DNA of 50,031 nucleotides from a bacterium (GCA_044869275.1 JBIOXB010000033.1:1-50031); one strand, 5' to 3'; numbered from the stretch's first letter, positions 37,254-47,401 are shown. Numbers and translations: made by a program. Notes: generated from the letters alone by a model not told the origin.

Positions 37254-38303
37254 ATGAAAACTAAATTTGCCTTTTGCCTTTTGCTCTTTTCTTTTTTCTA
37301 CATCGCCTGCGGCGGCGAGAAGGTGCCGTTGCCACTGCAGCCGGATAACCCCGGCGGCACCACCGCGGCAAGCGATACGACCTATCTGCAATTGCAGCCG
37401 GTTTGGGGGCCGGCGACCGGCTACGGCTTCAATCAGCCCAAAGATATTCTGCTGGGCCGCGAGCCGCTGATTTACGTGGCCGACACGGAAAATGACCGCC
37501 TGGTCATGCTCGATTTGGCCGGTAACATTTTGGGCGAATCGCAACACATTGCCAACCCGGTTGCGCTCACGCAAGATTCCAAACTCAATTTGTTGATCGT
37601 CACGGATACCAACAAAATTTATCGTATCAACCTCGTCGCGGTGCGGCACCAGATCGCAGGCGCGCCGGTGGAATTGGTTTTTGAAGAAATTGACAATCCC
37701 GATCGCCGTTATACCGGCATTGCCGCGGTGCTGGTTTCTGTGCAAGGATTTTCAGTCATCAATTACTTGGTGACGGCAACGGGCAACGACACGAGGGACA
37801 ATCAGGTTTTGGTTTTTCCCGAGACTTTCGACGTACGCGTTCCCAATGCGCTGAGTCTGGAGCCGAACGGTTTGGGGATTTTATCCGCAGCGCAGCCGAG
37901 CGGCATCACCTCTTTGCGAGATTTTTCGGTGGATTTTATTTTCTGCATGACGGGAGAGAATTCTTTTAAGGTTCAATGGATTACCACCAGCCAATTCGGC
38001 ATCGTTCCACGCCTAAATCCCGCACAGGGAAATTTCGATATTTTCGCGCCGGGTAAATTCTCCATGCCCGAAGACGTGACCGTCGATCCTGAGGGTAATA
38101 TCTACGTCGTCGATGCCGACTCCGATTCTCTGCTTAAATTCTCGGCGGCCGGAGACGAGTTGCAATCCTTCGGCGGTCCAGGCGCAGGCGAAAAACAATT
38201 TCACCAACCGCAAGGAGTGGCGTTTTTTGACAAAACACTGTACCTCGCCGATACGGGCAACGATCGCATCGTGCGGTTTAAATTATCCACTGATATCGAT
38301 TGA
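37254..38303 (+). CDS. NHL-repeat (beta-propeller) lipoprotein
   Basis: YIAC lipobox. F.QP.D...IYVADT.N.R, PEDVTVD.EGNIYV.D and F.QPQGVA...LYLADTGN.RI motifs. Confidence 0.88.
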   Translation: MKTKFAFCLLLFSFFYIACGGEKVPLPLQPDNPGGTTAASDTTYLQLQPVWGPATGYGFNQPKDILLGREPLIYVADTENDRLVMLDLAGNILGESQHIANPVALTQDSKLNLLIVTDTNKIYRINLVAVRHQIAGAPVELVFEEIDNPDRRYTGIAAVLVSVQGFSVINYLVTATGNDTRDNQVLVFPETFDVRVPNALSLEPNGLGILSAAQPSGITSLRDFSVDFIFCMTGENSFKVQWITTSQFGIVPRLNPAQGNFDIFAPGKFSMPEDVTVDPEGNIYVVDADSDSLLKFSAAGDELQSFGGPGAGEKQFHQPQGVAFFDKTLYLADTGNDRIVRFKLSTDID

Positions 38304-38366
38304 GGACGCGGTATTTCTATGAGAGTGAGAGGGATAAAGGTGATTCGCTTTTCGCGTGATCAAGTT

Positions 38367-40457
38367 ATGAAAAAAGTTGTCTGCATTTTGCGAGTATTCC
38401 ATGTGCTGGCGTTATGCTATTTTCTTTTGCATGCCGCCATTTTGCCGGCGCAGAACTATCAAGCTTTTTTTGGGGACATGCATTCGCATTCCAGTCTCTC
38501 TTGGGATGCCAAATCCGGCTCAAAGATGCCGGCGCAAGCGTATGCCTATGCCAAGCATGTCGCCAGAGTGGATTTTCTTGCGATCAGCGATCATACCAAC
38601 GGCCTGCCACAGGCGAATTATCAAATCATCCGCGCCGCGGCCGCGGCCTATGATCATCCGGACAGCGCGTTTGTTGCGATTGCCGGACAAGAGCTGGGCA
38701 GTTTGGGCGGCACCGGTTATGGGCATATGAACATTTTCGAAGCGTTGACGATTGCGGGCAACGGCCTTGATAATGACGATATTCGCTACGATTTACGCAT
38801 GGCCTACCAATTCGTAATCGACAACAACGTCACAGCGCAATTCAACCATCCTTCCACGGAAAACGGCAACAGCAATTTTCTAAGCTTCGATTATTATCCG
38901 CCGGCGGCGCCGCACATGTCCAGCCTGGAAGTCATCAACGGCACACGCTCCACGAACTATGAACGCTATTACTTGCTGGCTTTGCAAAAGGGCTGGCATG
39001 TCAGCGCGCTGGGCGACCAGGATAATCACGGCCCGAATTATGGCGATCTGCGCGCAAGCGACGGCGATATTTATCTCACGGGCGTGCTGGCCGATGCCCT
39101 CAGCAAACCGAAAATTCTGGCAGCGATTCGTGAGCGCCGCACGTATGCTATCGAAGCCAATCCCGCGAACGACCGCATGCATCTCGATACGTTCACGGCG
39201 GACGGCCGCTGGATGGGCGAAACCTTTGCCGACGCGGATGCGCAGGCAGTGCTGGAGCTCGCGGCGCATTCGGCGGCGGGAACCAGCAGCAGATTTCGCC
39301 AGGCGCAAATGTACTGCAACGGTTTTCTTATAGCCTGGAGAGACTTGAATGCCCCCAGCTTCACGTGGTCGGTGATCGACTCCCATTCCACTGGGGCGCA
39401 TTACTATTTTGCGAAACTGGTGCAGGAAGACGGCGATTTTTTGTGGACGAGCCCGATTTGGGTCGATAGCCCGGGCCTGCCCATGACGGAGCCTGCACTT
39501 GTTTCCATTCAAAGCCTGCGCCAGAATTTTTCCGATGGTGTCTCGCAAGCTCTCGGTTGGATCAACGTAAGAGTGCGCGGGGTGGCAACCGCAGGAACAC
39601 ATTTCGGCGAAGCAGGCCCGGGCTATTTGCAGGATTCAACCGGCGGCATCGGCGTTTTCGGCGCAGATTTCACCAAGGCCGTCGTCACCGTCATCGGACC
39701 GGGTCCAGCGTTTGAAATGGAAGTCACGGGCGCAGTGTCGCAATTCAACGGCTCGTTGGAGATTTTGCCTTATGCCGTGCGGCGCGTGGACACGAAACCG
39801 CCGGTCGCGCCGGTGTTGACGACCACCGCCGCAATTGCCGCCCAAGGTGAGGCCTGGGAGGGCGCATTGGTGAAAGTGATCAAGGCGCGTATTCTCGCGG
39901 GAAGTTTTCCGGTCGCGGGCGCCAGCGCGAATCTGACCATCGACGACGGCAGCGGACCATGCACGCTGCGCATCGATGGCGACACGGATATTGCCGGACA
40001 GCCTACGCCGGCAAACTCCCTCGACATCGTCGGCATCGTTAATCAATTCGATTCTTCCCCGCCCTACCGCGAGGGCTATCAACTGATGCCGCGCCGCCGG
40101 TCGGATATTGCCCTCGTCACCAGCGTGGAATTTGAAGGCACCGTTGCCGCGCTCCGCGATTTTCGCTTGTCACAAAATCATCCCAATCCCTTCACGGCCT
40201 CTGCTGGCAGCGTGTTTGCGTTCACTTTGCCGGTCGAGGCGGAAATACGCTTCGAGATTTTCAATCTGCTCGGCGAGCGGGTTACTCTGCTGGCATCGGG
40301 AAGATTTGCACGCGGAGAGCACCGCCTCTCATGGGACGGCCGTGACACCATCGGACAGCGGGTGAGTGCAGGTATGTATTTTTACAGATTGCAGGCCGGC
40401 GAAGGCGCTGAACGTGCTGCGTGGTCGGAGGTTAAGAAGCTGGTGGTTTTGCCGTGA
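38367..40457 (+). CDS. PHP-domain (CehA/McbA-like) metallo-phosphoesterase with OB folds and T9SS/FlgD-Ig C-terminus
   Basis: GDMHSHS..S.D, ISDH, FNHP and DQDNH motifs. YLQD.TGG and IDDGSG...RID OB-like block. QNHPNPF...WDGRD...GMYFY.L. Confidence 0.85.
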   Translation: MKKVVCILRVFHVLALCYFLLHAAILPAQNYQAFFGDMHSHSSLSWDAKSGSKMPAQAYAYAKHVARVDFLAISDHTNGLPQANYQIIRAAAAAYDHPDSAFVAIAGQELGSLGGTGYGHMNIFEALTIAGNGLDNDDIRYDLRMAYQFVIDNNVTAQFNHPSTENGNSNFLSFDYYPPAAPHMSSLEVINGTRSTNYERYYLLALQKGWHVSALGDQDNHGPNYGDLRASDGDIYLTGVLADALSKPKILAAIRERRTYAIEANPANDRMHLDTFTADGRWMGETFADADAQAVLELAAHSAAGTSSRFRQAQMYCNGFLIAWRDLNAPSFTWSVIDSHSTGAHYYFAKLVQEDGDFLWTSPIWVDSPGLPMTEPALVSIQSLRQNFSDGVSQALGWINVRVRGVATAGTHFGEAGPGYLQDSTGGIGVFGADFTKAVVTVIGPGPAFEMEVTGAVSQFNGSLEILPYAVRRVDTKPPVAPVLTTTAAIAAQGEAWEGALVKVIKARILAGSFPVAGASANLTIDDGSGPCTLRIDGDTDIAGQPTPANSLDIVGIVNQFDSSPPYREGYQLMPRRRSDIALVTSVEFEGTVAALRDFRLSQNHPNPFTASAGSVFAFTLPVEAEIRFEIFNLLGERVTLLASGRFARGEHRLSWDGRDTIGQRVSAGMYFYRLQAGEGAERAAWSEVKKLVVLP

Positions 40458-40543
40458 AGCAGTAAACAGTGGTTGGTTGCAGTGTATAGTGAATTTGGTC
40501 TCGCAACATGGAAAGCGCAACACCGAACACTGCATCAACCCGC

Positions 40544-40572
40544 TTGACATTGCTCTTCCGTGATATTATCTT
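40544..40572 (+). promoter_or_regulatory. Putative sigma70 promoter
   Basis: TTGACA-17 nt-TATCTT upstream of the esterase. Confidence 0.6.
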
Positions 40573-40640
40573 CCCGCCGTTTTGTCAAAGTCTGAAATCC
40601 GAAAATTCCAGCCGCATTCTTCGAAGGGAGGAAGAAAAAC

Positions 40641-41372
40641 ATGCATCGCGAAATTCACGGGTGGTGGAGTCCCAGCCTCAACAAGCATATGGACCTCGCC
40701 GTGTACGGCCATTATGGCTTTGCCTTGTTGATGTTCCCGACCGCCGCCGCCGACTATTTGGAATACGAACGCTTTTATCTGATCGATGCCATGCGAGATT
40801 TTATCGACGCCGGGCGCATCAAAGTTTTTTCGATCAACAGCATCGGCATGGAAAGCTGGCTGAACGATCAAATGCCGCATCATCTGCGCAGCGCGCGACA
40901 CCAGCAATACAACGATTACGTGATCAATGAGGTCGCGCCGTTCATTCACAATCATTGCCACGGCCGCGTGATGACGATCACCACGGGCGCGAGCGTGGGC
41001 GCGCTGCACTCGATGAACACACTGCTGCGCCGGCCGGACCTGTTCGATGGCGCGATCGCGATGAGCGGCGTCTATGATCTGAAGTATTACACCAAGGGCT
41101 ACTACGACGATAATTGCTATTTCAACAGCCCGGTGGATTATTTGCCGGATTTGAATGATGATTGGTATCTGTCGCTATTGCGCAACAAACAGCATATTTA
41201 CCTCTTGAGCGGGCAGGGCCCTTACGAATCTCCCGACCGTTCGCGGCAGCTCGCCGGCATTCTCGCGATGAAGGGCATTCCGCATCATCTCGATCTGTGG
41301 GGCCACGATATGAGCCACGACTGGCCCACCTGGCGGAAAATGCTGCCTCACTATTTGGGGACCAGATTTTAA
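40641..41372 (+). CDS. Esterase (alpha/beta hydrolase)
   Basis: YGH.G...L.FPT, GASVG nucleophile elbow and HDWP.W motifs. Confidence 0.9.
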   Translation: MHREIHGWWSPSLNKHMDLAVYGHYGFALLMFPTAAADYLEYERFYLIDAMRDFIDAGRIKVFSINSIGMESWLNDQMPHHLRSARHQQYNDYVINEVAPFIHNHCHGRVMTITTGASVGALHSMNTLLRRPDLFDGAIAMSGVYDLKYYTKGYYDDNCYFNSPVDYLPDLNDDWYLSLLRNKQHIYLLSGQGPYESPDRSRQLAGILAMKGIPHHLDLWGHDMSHDWPTWRKMLPHYLGTRF

Positions 41373-41383
41373 GAGAGGCCCGC

Positions 41384-42574
41384 TTGCGAGTTTTATTCCT
41401 CAACTCGATTCAGATGTGGGGTGGCGCGGAAGTCTGGCTGATGGAGGTCATGCACGGTTTGCAGCGTCGCGGCCACGAAGTGACGTTAGTGTGCCGGCCG
41501 GGCACGATCTTGGAAAAGAATGCCAAAGCGGAAGGCTTCGAGGTCGTGCCCATAAGCATGCGCAGCGATTTCGATCTTCTCGTGATCGGGAAAGTTTTCC
41601 AGCTGCTTCGCCGAAAGCAGATTCAGGTCATCTGCACCAATATGGACAAGGAACTGCGCTTTGGGGGCCTCGCCGCCAAACTGGCCGGTGGCGTGGCGGT
41701 CATCCCCTCGCGCGAAGTCGATTATCCGCTCAAAAACAAGCTGCGCTATCGCTTCACCTACAATTTTTTGGCAGACCATATTTTGGCAAACTCGTTTGCC
41801 ACCAAGCGGACGCTCTTGCAAGATGCGCCGTGGTTGGAAGCGGGCCGAATCGAGGTCGCATATAAAGGAATAGATCCGCAGCCATACCTGGAGCGGCCCG
41901 AAGAAGGCGCGGCGCTGCGCCGGGAGCTGGGTATTTCGCCCGAGCTGCCGGTGGCCGGATTCGTCGGACAGATTATTGAGCGCAAAGGCATTCCGGATCT
42001 CGTTGCTAGCATTCCGCTGGTCACGCGACAATTGCCGCAGGTCAAGTTTCTGTTTGTGGGTGAAGGCATTCTGCAGGAATTTCTGCTGGCGAAAGCGCGC
42101 GAGTTGGGTGTGGCCGAACGTGTGATTTTCACCGGCTTTCGCCGGGACATTCCGGCGGTGATGAAAGCCATTGACGTCCTGCTTTTGCCTTCTATCGTGG
42201 AAGGGTTCGGATATGTTTTGATCGAGGCCATGGCCGCGGCCAAGCCGGTGGTGGCGACGAACGTCAGCAGCATTCCCGAAATCGTGCGGCACGGGGAAAC
42301 CGGCTTGCTGGTGGAAGTGCATGCACCCCAGCAATTGGCCCAGGCCCTGGTGACGATCCTGAAAGACGAAAGGCTCAGGCAGTCAATGGGAGAGAAAGGG
42401 CGAGAGCTCGTGCTGGAAAAATTCACTCGCGATCGCATGCTGGCACAAATCGAGACCATTTTTATGTCCTGTGTGCAAGCCAAGCTGTCGAAGCATAAGG
42501 GCGAGCGCCCCAATCCGCGCGCGAGCGATCCGGCAAATCCAGGGTTGGGCGCAAGCAAGAAAGCGCGGGGTTGA
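41384..42574 (+). CDS. Glycosyltransferase family 4
   Basis: WGGAE, RKG, GFR.D, EGFG..LIEAMA and PE.V..GETG motifs. TTG start inferred. Confidence 0.92.
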   Translation: MRVLFLNSIQMWGGAEVWLMEVMHGLQRRGHEVTLVCRPGTILEKNAKAEGFEVVPISMRSDFDLLVIGKVFQLLRRKQIQVICTNMDKELRFGGLAAKLAGGVAVIPSREVDYPLKNKLRYRFTYNFLADHILANSFATKRTLLQDAPWLEAGRIEVAYKGIDPQPYLERPEEGAALRRELGISPELPVAGFVGQIIERKGIPDLVASIPLVTRQLPQVKFLFVGEGILQEFLLAKARELGVAERVIFTGFRRDIPAVMKAIDVLLLPSIVEGFGYVLIEAMAAAKPVVATNVSSIPEIVRHGETGLLVEVHAPQQLAQALVTILKDERLRQSMGEKGRELVLEKFTRDRMLAQIETIFMSCVQAKLSKHKGERPNPRASDPANPGLGASKKARG

Positions 42575-42578
42575 GCAC

Positions 42579-43334
42579 TTGAGCAAACTCTCGATAGTCA
42601 TGATCGTCAGAAACGAGGCGCATCGCATGGAGCGGGCGTTACAGAGCGCATGCTGGGCCGATGAGATCGTGGTCATCGACGCCATGAGCACGGACGAAAC
42701 CCCGGCGCTTTGCCGCAACTATGCCGTGCGCATGTGGCAATACCCTTGGGCCGGCTTCGCCCAACAGCGCGAGCGATCGGTTGCGCATGCCACGCATGAT
42801 TGGATCTTCAGCCTCGATGCCGACGAAGTGATCTCGCCAGAATTACAGCAGGAAATCAGGCTGGTGATGCAAGCGCCCGACTTCATAAACGGGTATTGGG
42901 TCTCGCGCAAAACCCGCTATCTCGGCCGTTGGATCGAGCACTCGGGCTGGTTCCCGGACTATCAATTGCGCTTATTCAGAAAAGACAAAGTGTTCATCGA
43001 GCGCAAAGCGGTGCACGAGGGCTTTTCCGTTTCGGGCGAGACCGGAAAACTGGCAGGGTTGCTTTATCATTATTCCTATGCTTCGCTCTTCGAACACCTT
43101 GAAAAGATCAACCGCTACACCAGCCTGGAGGTGCCACTCAAATGCGCAAGGCTGGAAGGCCGGCGGGTGCGCTGGTATCATCTGATCATCAACCCTTGGG
43201 CGCTGTTTTTCAAAATGTTCGTCCTCAAAAAAGGTTACAAGGACGGATTTCCGGGATTCGTGCTCGCGTTGATGTCGGCTTTCTACACGCAATTGCTTTA
43301 CGCGAAGGTATGGGAAGAATCGGTCGAGAATTGA
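42579..43334 (+). CDS. Glycosyltransferase family 2 (WaaE/KdtX-like)
   Basis: NE, S.D.T, GFA.Q, LDADE, GW.PD...RLF and VHE motifs. Confidence 0.9.
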   Translation: MSKLSIVMIVRNEAHRMERALQSACWADEIVVIDAMSTDETPALCRNYAVRMWQYPWAGFAQQRERSVAHATHDWIFSLDADEVISPELQQEIRLVMQAPDFINGYWVSRKTRYLGRWIEHSGWFPDYQLRLFRKDKVFIERKAVHEGFSVSGETGKLAGLLYHYSYASLFEHLEKINRYTSLEVPLKCARLEGRRVRWYHLIINPWALFFKMFVLKKGYKDGFPGFVLALMSAFYTQLLYAKVWEESVEN

Positions 43335-43341
43335 GCAATAC

Positions 43342-44478
43342 ATGCCTGCGGTGCAAACCAAAATACTGCTCATGGCGGAGGGACAACTCGGCGACTTGCT
43401 GATTCTCACGCCAGCTTTGCGGGCGATGAAGGCCTGGTTGCCAGGCGCCTTTTTGGCGGTCCTGGTGGTACAGCGGCGGCGATACTCTAGCGTGCCGAAC
43501 GGGGAAAGAAATGTGATGAGGCGCAATGGGGGGGAGGGGACGGCTGCCGTATTGCGGGACAGCCCCCACGTCGACGAGGTCATCGAAGTTGATCGCGGCA
43601 TGCTCCGGACGTTGAAAGGCCGCGCACGGATAGCCGCGGAAATCAAGATCGTGCGATACTTGAGAGCGCGAAAATTTGATATCGCCATCAATGCCTTCCC
43701 CGAGGATCGCTTTGCGCTGTGGGCGTGGCTGTCCGGGGCTCGCGTTAGAGTGGGGCAGCGCCAGCAAAAGCTCTTTTATCTATTGACACATGTACCCGAC
43801 GTCAGCAGGGAAAGAAAAGGCGTATTGCGCTACTACTGCGATCTGGTTGCAGCTCTCGGCGCGAAGGCCGAGTCGGAGGCCACGGAATATCGCATCCCGG
43901 AGGCGGCGCAGCACTGGGCTGAGGAGTTTCTTCGCACGCGGCAACTGGATGGGGCCCCGAAATTGGTGGCCGTGCATCCCGGCGCCAGCGGGCCCTATCG
44001 CGTCTGGCCGCCCGATCGTTTTGCTGCACTCGTTGATAGGCTGCAATTCCAGGGCGCGGCCAGAGTGGTTCTCTGCGCAACGGATTACGACCGCGCGGCC
44101 GTGGCGGAGATGAGAAAGCACTTGCGTACCTCCGTCACCGAGGTCAATTTGGGAGAGAGTGTCGCGCATTTCGCTGCTCTCCTGGCCCGGTGCCAGTGCT
44201 GCATCTCGAATGATTCCGGCCCGCGCCATCTCGCGGTGGCGGTGGGAACGCCCTCGCTGGCATTCATGCCGCGCTTCCAGCATCGCCAGTGGAAGATTTA
44301 TAATGACGAACGCCGCAGCATCGTCTTGCAGGGCGGGGAAAGCTGTCCGGCATGCCCGGAAGGAACATGCCGTGATTTGATTCCGGAGGGTGAATGCTTC
44401 GGGTCATTTTGCATGAGAATGATTTCGGTGGACCACGTGCTGGTAGCGGCCCGGCGCATGATGGGAGGGAACGGGTGA
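43342..44478 (+). CDS. Glycosyltransferase family 9 (heptosyltransferase-like)
   Basis: LGD....P, HPGAS...R.WP and NDSGP.HLA motifs. Cys-rich C-terminus. Confidence 0.9.
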   Translation: MPAVQTKILLMAEGQLGDLLILTPALRAMKAWLPGAFLAVLVVQRRRYSSVPNGERNVMRRNGGEGTAAVLRDSPHVDEVIEVDRGMLRTLKGRARIAAEIKIVRYLRARKFDIAINAFPEDRFALWAWLSGARVRVGQRQQKLFYLLTHVPDVSRERKGVLRYYCDLVAALGAKAESEATEYRIPEAAQHWAEEFLRTRQLDGAPKLVAVHPGASGPYRVWPPDRFAALVDRLQFQGAARVVLCATDYDRAAVAEMRKHLRTSVTEVNLGESVAHFAALLARCQCCISNDSGPRHLAVAVGTPSLAFMPRFQHRQWKIYNDERRSIVLQGGESCPACPEGTCRDLIPEGECFGSFCMRMISVDHVLVAARRMMGGNG

Positions 44479-45314
44479 AGCGCGCGACGATCATCATAGC
44501 GTTTTATCGCAATCTCCAATTCCTGCGTATGGTGCTAGCCGGTTTTGCCCGGCAGTCCCTGCAAGATTTTGAGATTGTCATTGCCGATGATGGCTCCAGC
44601 CAGGCGGTGGTCGAAGAAGTGCATGCGATGATGGCTCGCAGCCCTTATGAAATGCGCCACGTCTGGCAGGAGGATCGCGGTTTTCGCAAGAACCGGATTC
44701 TCAACAAAGCCGTACTTGCAGCGGATTCGGAGTATCTGATTTTCACGGACGGCGATTGTGTGCCTCACCCGGAATTCGTCCGTGAACATTATGTGAACCG
44801 GCAGGCCAAAGTTTGCCTGGCGGGAAGAAGGGTTGACTTGTCTGCCAGAATAACCGGAAAACTTTCGGGAGAAAAAATAGGGGAGGGGTTTTTCGAAAAT
44901 CATCTGCCCGAGCTGCTGTTCGACAGTCTGCTCTTGCAATCCCGAAATGTGGAAAAGGGGATTTATCTCAAGCCGGGTTTCCTGCGCACCATCATTAACA
45001 AGAAAAAACGGGATCTACTGGGGTGCAATTTTTCTCTGCACAAGGATGACTTGTTGAGCATCAACGGATTCGATGAAAGATATGAAGCACCCGGCATCGG
45101 CGAGGACTATGACATTCAATTACGGCTCCAGCAGAATCACATTGTGCTGAAATCGCTGAGCAATATTGCGATTCAATATCATTTGTTTCATCAGAAACTC
45201 GCTATCGGTGAAGGAAACTTAAAGCTGCTCGAGCAAGTCCGGGCATCTGGCGTATACTTCTCCCCCTTCGGCATCAAGCAGGAAACATTCACCGCTAACC
45301 ATCGCTCCCTCTGA
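44475..45314 (+). CDS. Glycosyltransferase family 2
   Basis: ADDGS, QED.GFRK..ILN, DGDC, GCNFS and GFDE.Y...G.ED motifs. GTGA overlap with the previous stop. Confidence 0.9.
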   Translation: MKRATIIIAFYRNLQFLRMVLAGFARQSLQDFEIVIADDGSSQAVVEEVHAMMARSPYEMRHVWQEDRGFRKNRILNKAVLAADSEYLIFTDGDCVPHPEFVREHYVNRQAKVCLAGRRVDLSARITGKLSGEKIGEGFFENHLPELLFDSLLLQSRNVEKGIYLKPGFLRTIINKKKRDLLGCNFSLHKDDLLSINGFDERYEAPGIGEDYDIQLRLQQNHIVLKSLSNIAIQYHLFHQKLAIGEGNLKLLEQVRASGVYFSPFGIKQETFTANHRSL

Positions 45315-45447
45315 AAAGATCACGCCTCCTAGCGCTGACCTTGATTCGCGGCATTGCCTCGGTATTTATTTTTTCTCACCAAATTATATGAATCTTTGAC
45401 CACCAGTCGGTTTGCTGAAATTTTTGTGCCAAATGATGAAATAAATC

Positions 45448-45475
45448 TTGACAAAGACAGTCAATTTTCTATATT
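45448..45475 (+). promoter_or_regulatory. Putative sigma70 promoter of the tRNA/secE/nusG cluster
   Basis: TTGACA-16 nt-TATATT with AT-rich upstream sequence. Confidence 0.7.
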
Positions 45476-45620
45476 AGAAAGCTGTCCTTGTAAAAACTGT
45501 AAAACTGGCCTAATATTCCGTATTTTAACGACTTGCTGCATTTTTGTAATGTCGAAGAAATTACAGAAACAGCAGGGCGGTCAATGAATTTTTGTCTCAT
45601 GGTGTGCCCGAATGCGGATT

Positions 45621-45693
45621 GCCACCATAGCTCAGAAGGTAGAGCGCCTCACTTGTAATGAGGAAGTCGCGGGTTCGATTCCTGCTGGTGGCT
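45621..45693 (+). tRNA. tRNA-Thr (TGT)
   Basis: Cloverleaf. Anticodon arm cctca-cttgtaa-tgagg. TTCGA T-loop. Confidence 0.96.
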
Positions 45694-45777
45694 CGTCGTA
45701 GAGGCAAAGGACAGACAGCAAAAAGAAAACAGCGGAGGGTTTCTTTTTGCTTTTTGTATTTTGCTGTGTGCTTCTCC

Positions 45778-45859
45778 GGGGAGGTTCCAGAGTGGCCAAA
45801 CGGGGCAGACTGTAAATCTGCTGGCTATGCCTTCAGAGGTTCGAATCCTCTCCTCCCCA
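45778..45859 (+). tRNA. tRNA-Tyr (GTA)
   Basis: Anticodon arm gcaga-ctgtaaa-tctgc. Long variable arm. Confidence 0.96.
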
Positions 45860-45870
45860 CGTGGTTTTGA

Positions 45871-45969
45871 GGATCGAAGATCGAGAATAGAAGATAGAGG
45901 CTGGAAGATCGATGATTGCACGTTCGAATTATCTCTTACGATCTTCGATTCTCAATCCTCGATCTTCGA
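45871..45969. repeat. Degenerate heptamer-repeat inverted repeat (GATCGAA-like)
   Basis: gatcgaagatcgagaatagaagatagagg...cgatcttcgattctcaatcctcgatcttcga. Confidence 0.75.
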
Positions 45970-45977
45970 AAACGCAA

Positions 45978-46050
45978 GCGGGAGTAACTCAGGTGGTAGA
46001 GTCACAGCCTTCCAAGCTGTTGGTCGCGGGTTCGAGTCCCGTCTCCCGCT
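45978..46050 (+). tRNA. tRNA-Gly (TCC)
   Basis: GCGGGAG acceptor stem. Anticodon arm acagc-cttccaa-gctgt. Confidence 0.96.
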
Positions 46051-46186
46051 CTTGAGAAAGGAAAAAAGAAAAAATCAAAAAGCAAACCGCAAGCAACATT
46101 TCTTTCTTTCATGACGAGGTGCGCTTGACAGGGCGATTCCGAATTTGACGTTTTTTTTTGCCCTTTGCTTTTTGTTGTTCATATCC

Positions 46187-46259
<73 letters not shown>

Positions 46260-46292
46260 CTTCAGATTCATGAACGGATTAAAGAAAGAGAG

Positions 46293-46448
46293 ATGGCCGT
46301 GCGCGAAATTATCACGCTCGAATGCGGCGACTGCAAACGCCGCAATTATTCCATGACGAAGAACAAGAAGAAACACACTGCCCGGGTCGAGCACAAGAAA
46401 TTCTGCCGTTTCTGCGCGAAGCACACGACGCACAAGGAAACGAGATAG
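46293..46448 (+). CDS. rpmG: 50S ribosomal protein L33 (zinc-binding form)
   Basis: Translated by hand; not in the ORF track: [51 protein letters not shown]. Confidence 0.95.
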   Translation: MAVREIITLECGDCKRRNYSMTKNKKKHTARVEHKKFCRFCAKHTTHKETR

Positions 46449-46498
46449 AAAAAAGCAATTGCAGTTTGCTCCTGGTATTTTTCTTTTTGCTTTTCAAC

Positions 46499-46572
46499 AG
46501 GCCTGTAGCTCAACTGGCTAGAGCACCGGTCTCCAAAACCGGTGGCTGGGGGTTCGAGTCCCTCCAGGCCTG
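46499..46572 (+). tRNA. tRNA-Trp (CCA)
   Basis: Anticodon arm ccggt-ctccaaa-accgg. Canonical position before secE. Confidence 0.96.
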
Positions 46573-46602
46573 CTTATCGGCAGACCAGTCTGGAAAAGGC
46601 AA

Positions 46603-46809
46603 ATGAAGACACTTTATCTCAAGTTGCAGGCGTTCGTACTGGATGTCAAAGCGGAGATGGCCAAAGTGAGCTGGCCCACGCGCGATGAGTTGAAAAACTC
46701 CACCATCGTCGTCATGATTGTGATGATGGCTTTTTCAATCTTTACCTTTGGCATCGATCGCGCGCTGTCGTTTTTGATGCGATTGCTTTATTCCTATTCC
46801 GGCAGTTAA
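46603..46809 (+). CDS. secE: Preprotein translocase subunit SecE
   Basis: EM.KVSWPTR.EL..ST.VV, a single TM helix, synteny. Confidence 0.95.
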   Translation: MKTLYLKLQAFVLDVKAEMAKVSWPTRDELKNSTIVVMIVMMAFSIFTFGIDRALSFLMRLLYSYSGS

Positions 46810-46834
46810 GGTTTATTTGGAAAGATAGGATTCA

Positions 46835-47401
46835 GTGGAAGAAGTCGTTGAAAAAAGCTCGGAAGCGGGCACGAAGAAGTGGTATGCCATCCACGTGTTG
46901 TCGGGTCATGAGCGCAAAGTCAAAGCTTACCTCGAGAATGAAGCCAAGGCTTTGGGGTTGTCCGATCGCATTGCCAATATTCTGATTCCCGCCGAAGAAG
47001 TGACGGAAATGAAGGAAGGCAAGAAGCGCACGCGCTCCAAGACCTTCTTTCCCGGTTATATGCTCGTCGAAATGGAGATGGGCAAAGAAACGCAGCATCT
47101 GGTCCTGAATACGCCGGGTATCACCAATTTCGTCGGCCCCAAAAACAGGCCTCAGCCTCTGCGTCAGGAAGAGGTGGACCGCATTCTCGGCAAAGTGCAG
47201 GAAAGCCGCACGCGCGAGATTCTGGCGGTGCCGTTCAAGGTCGGCGATCCCATCAAGGTGATCGATGGACCGTTTCGCGACTTCACCGGCTTTGTGGAAG
47301 AAGTGCACGAGGAAAAGAAGAAGGCCAAAGTCATGGTCAGCATTTTTGGCCGTTCGACGCCGGTGGAATTGGATTTTTTACAAATCGAAATCGAAAAATA
47401 A
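46835..47401 (+). CDS. nusG: Transcription termination/antitermination factor NusG
   Basis: WYAIHV.SG.E.KV, FPGY, DGPF..F.G and IFGR.TPVEL motifs. Confidence 0.97.
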   Translation: MEEVVEKSSEAGTKKWYAIHVLSGHERKVKAYLENEAKALGLSDRIANILIPAEEVTEMKEGKKRTRSKTFFPGYMLVEMEMGKETQHLVLNTPGITNFVGPKNRPQPLRQEEVDRILGKVQESRTREILAVPFKVGDPIKVIDGPFRDFTGFVEEVHEEKKKAKVMVSIFGRSTPVELDFLQIEIEK

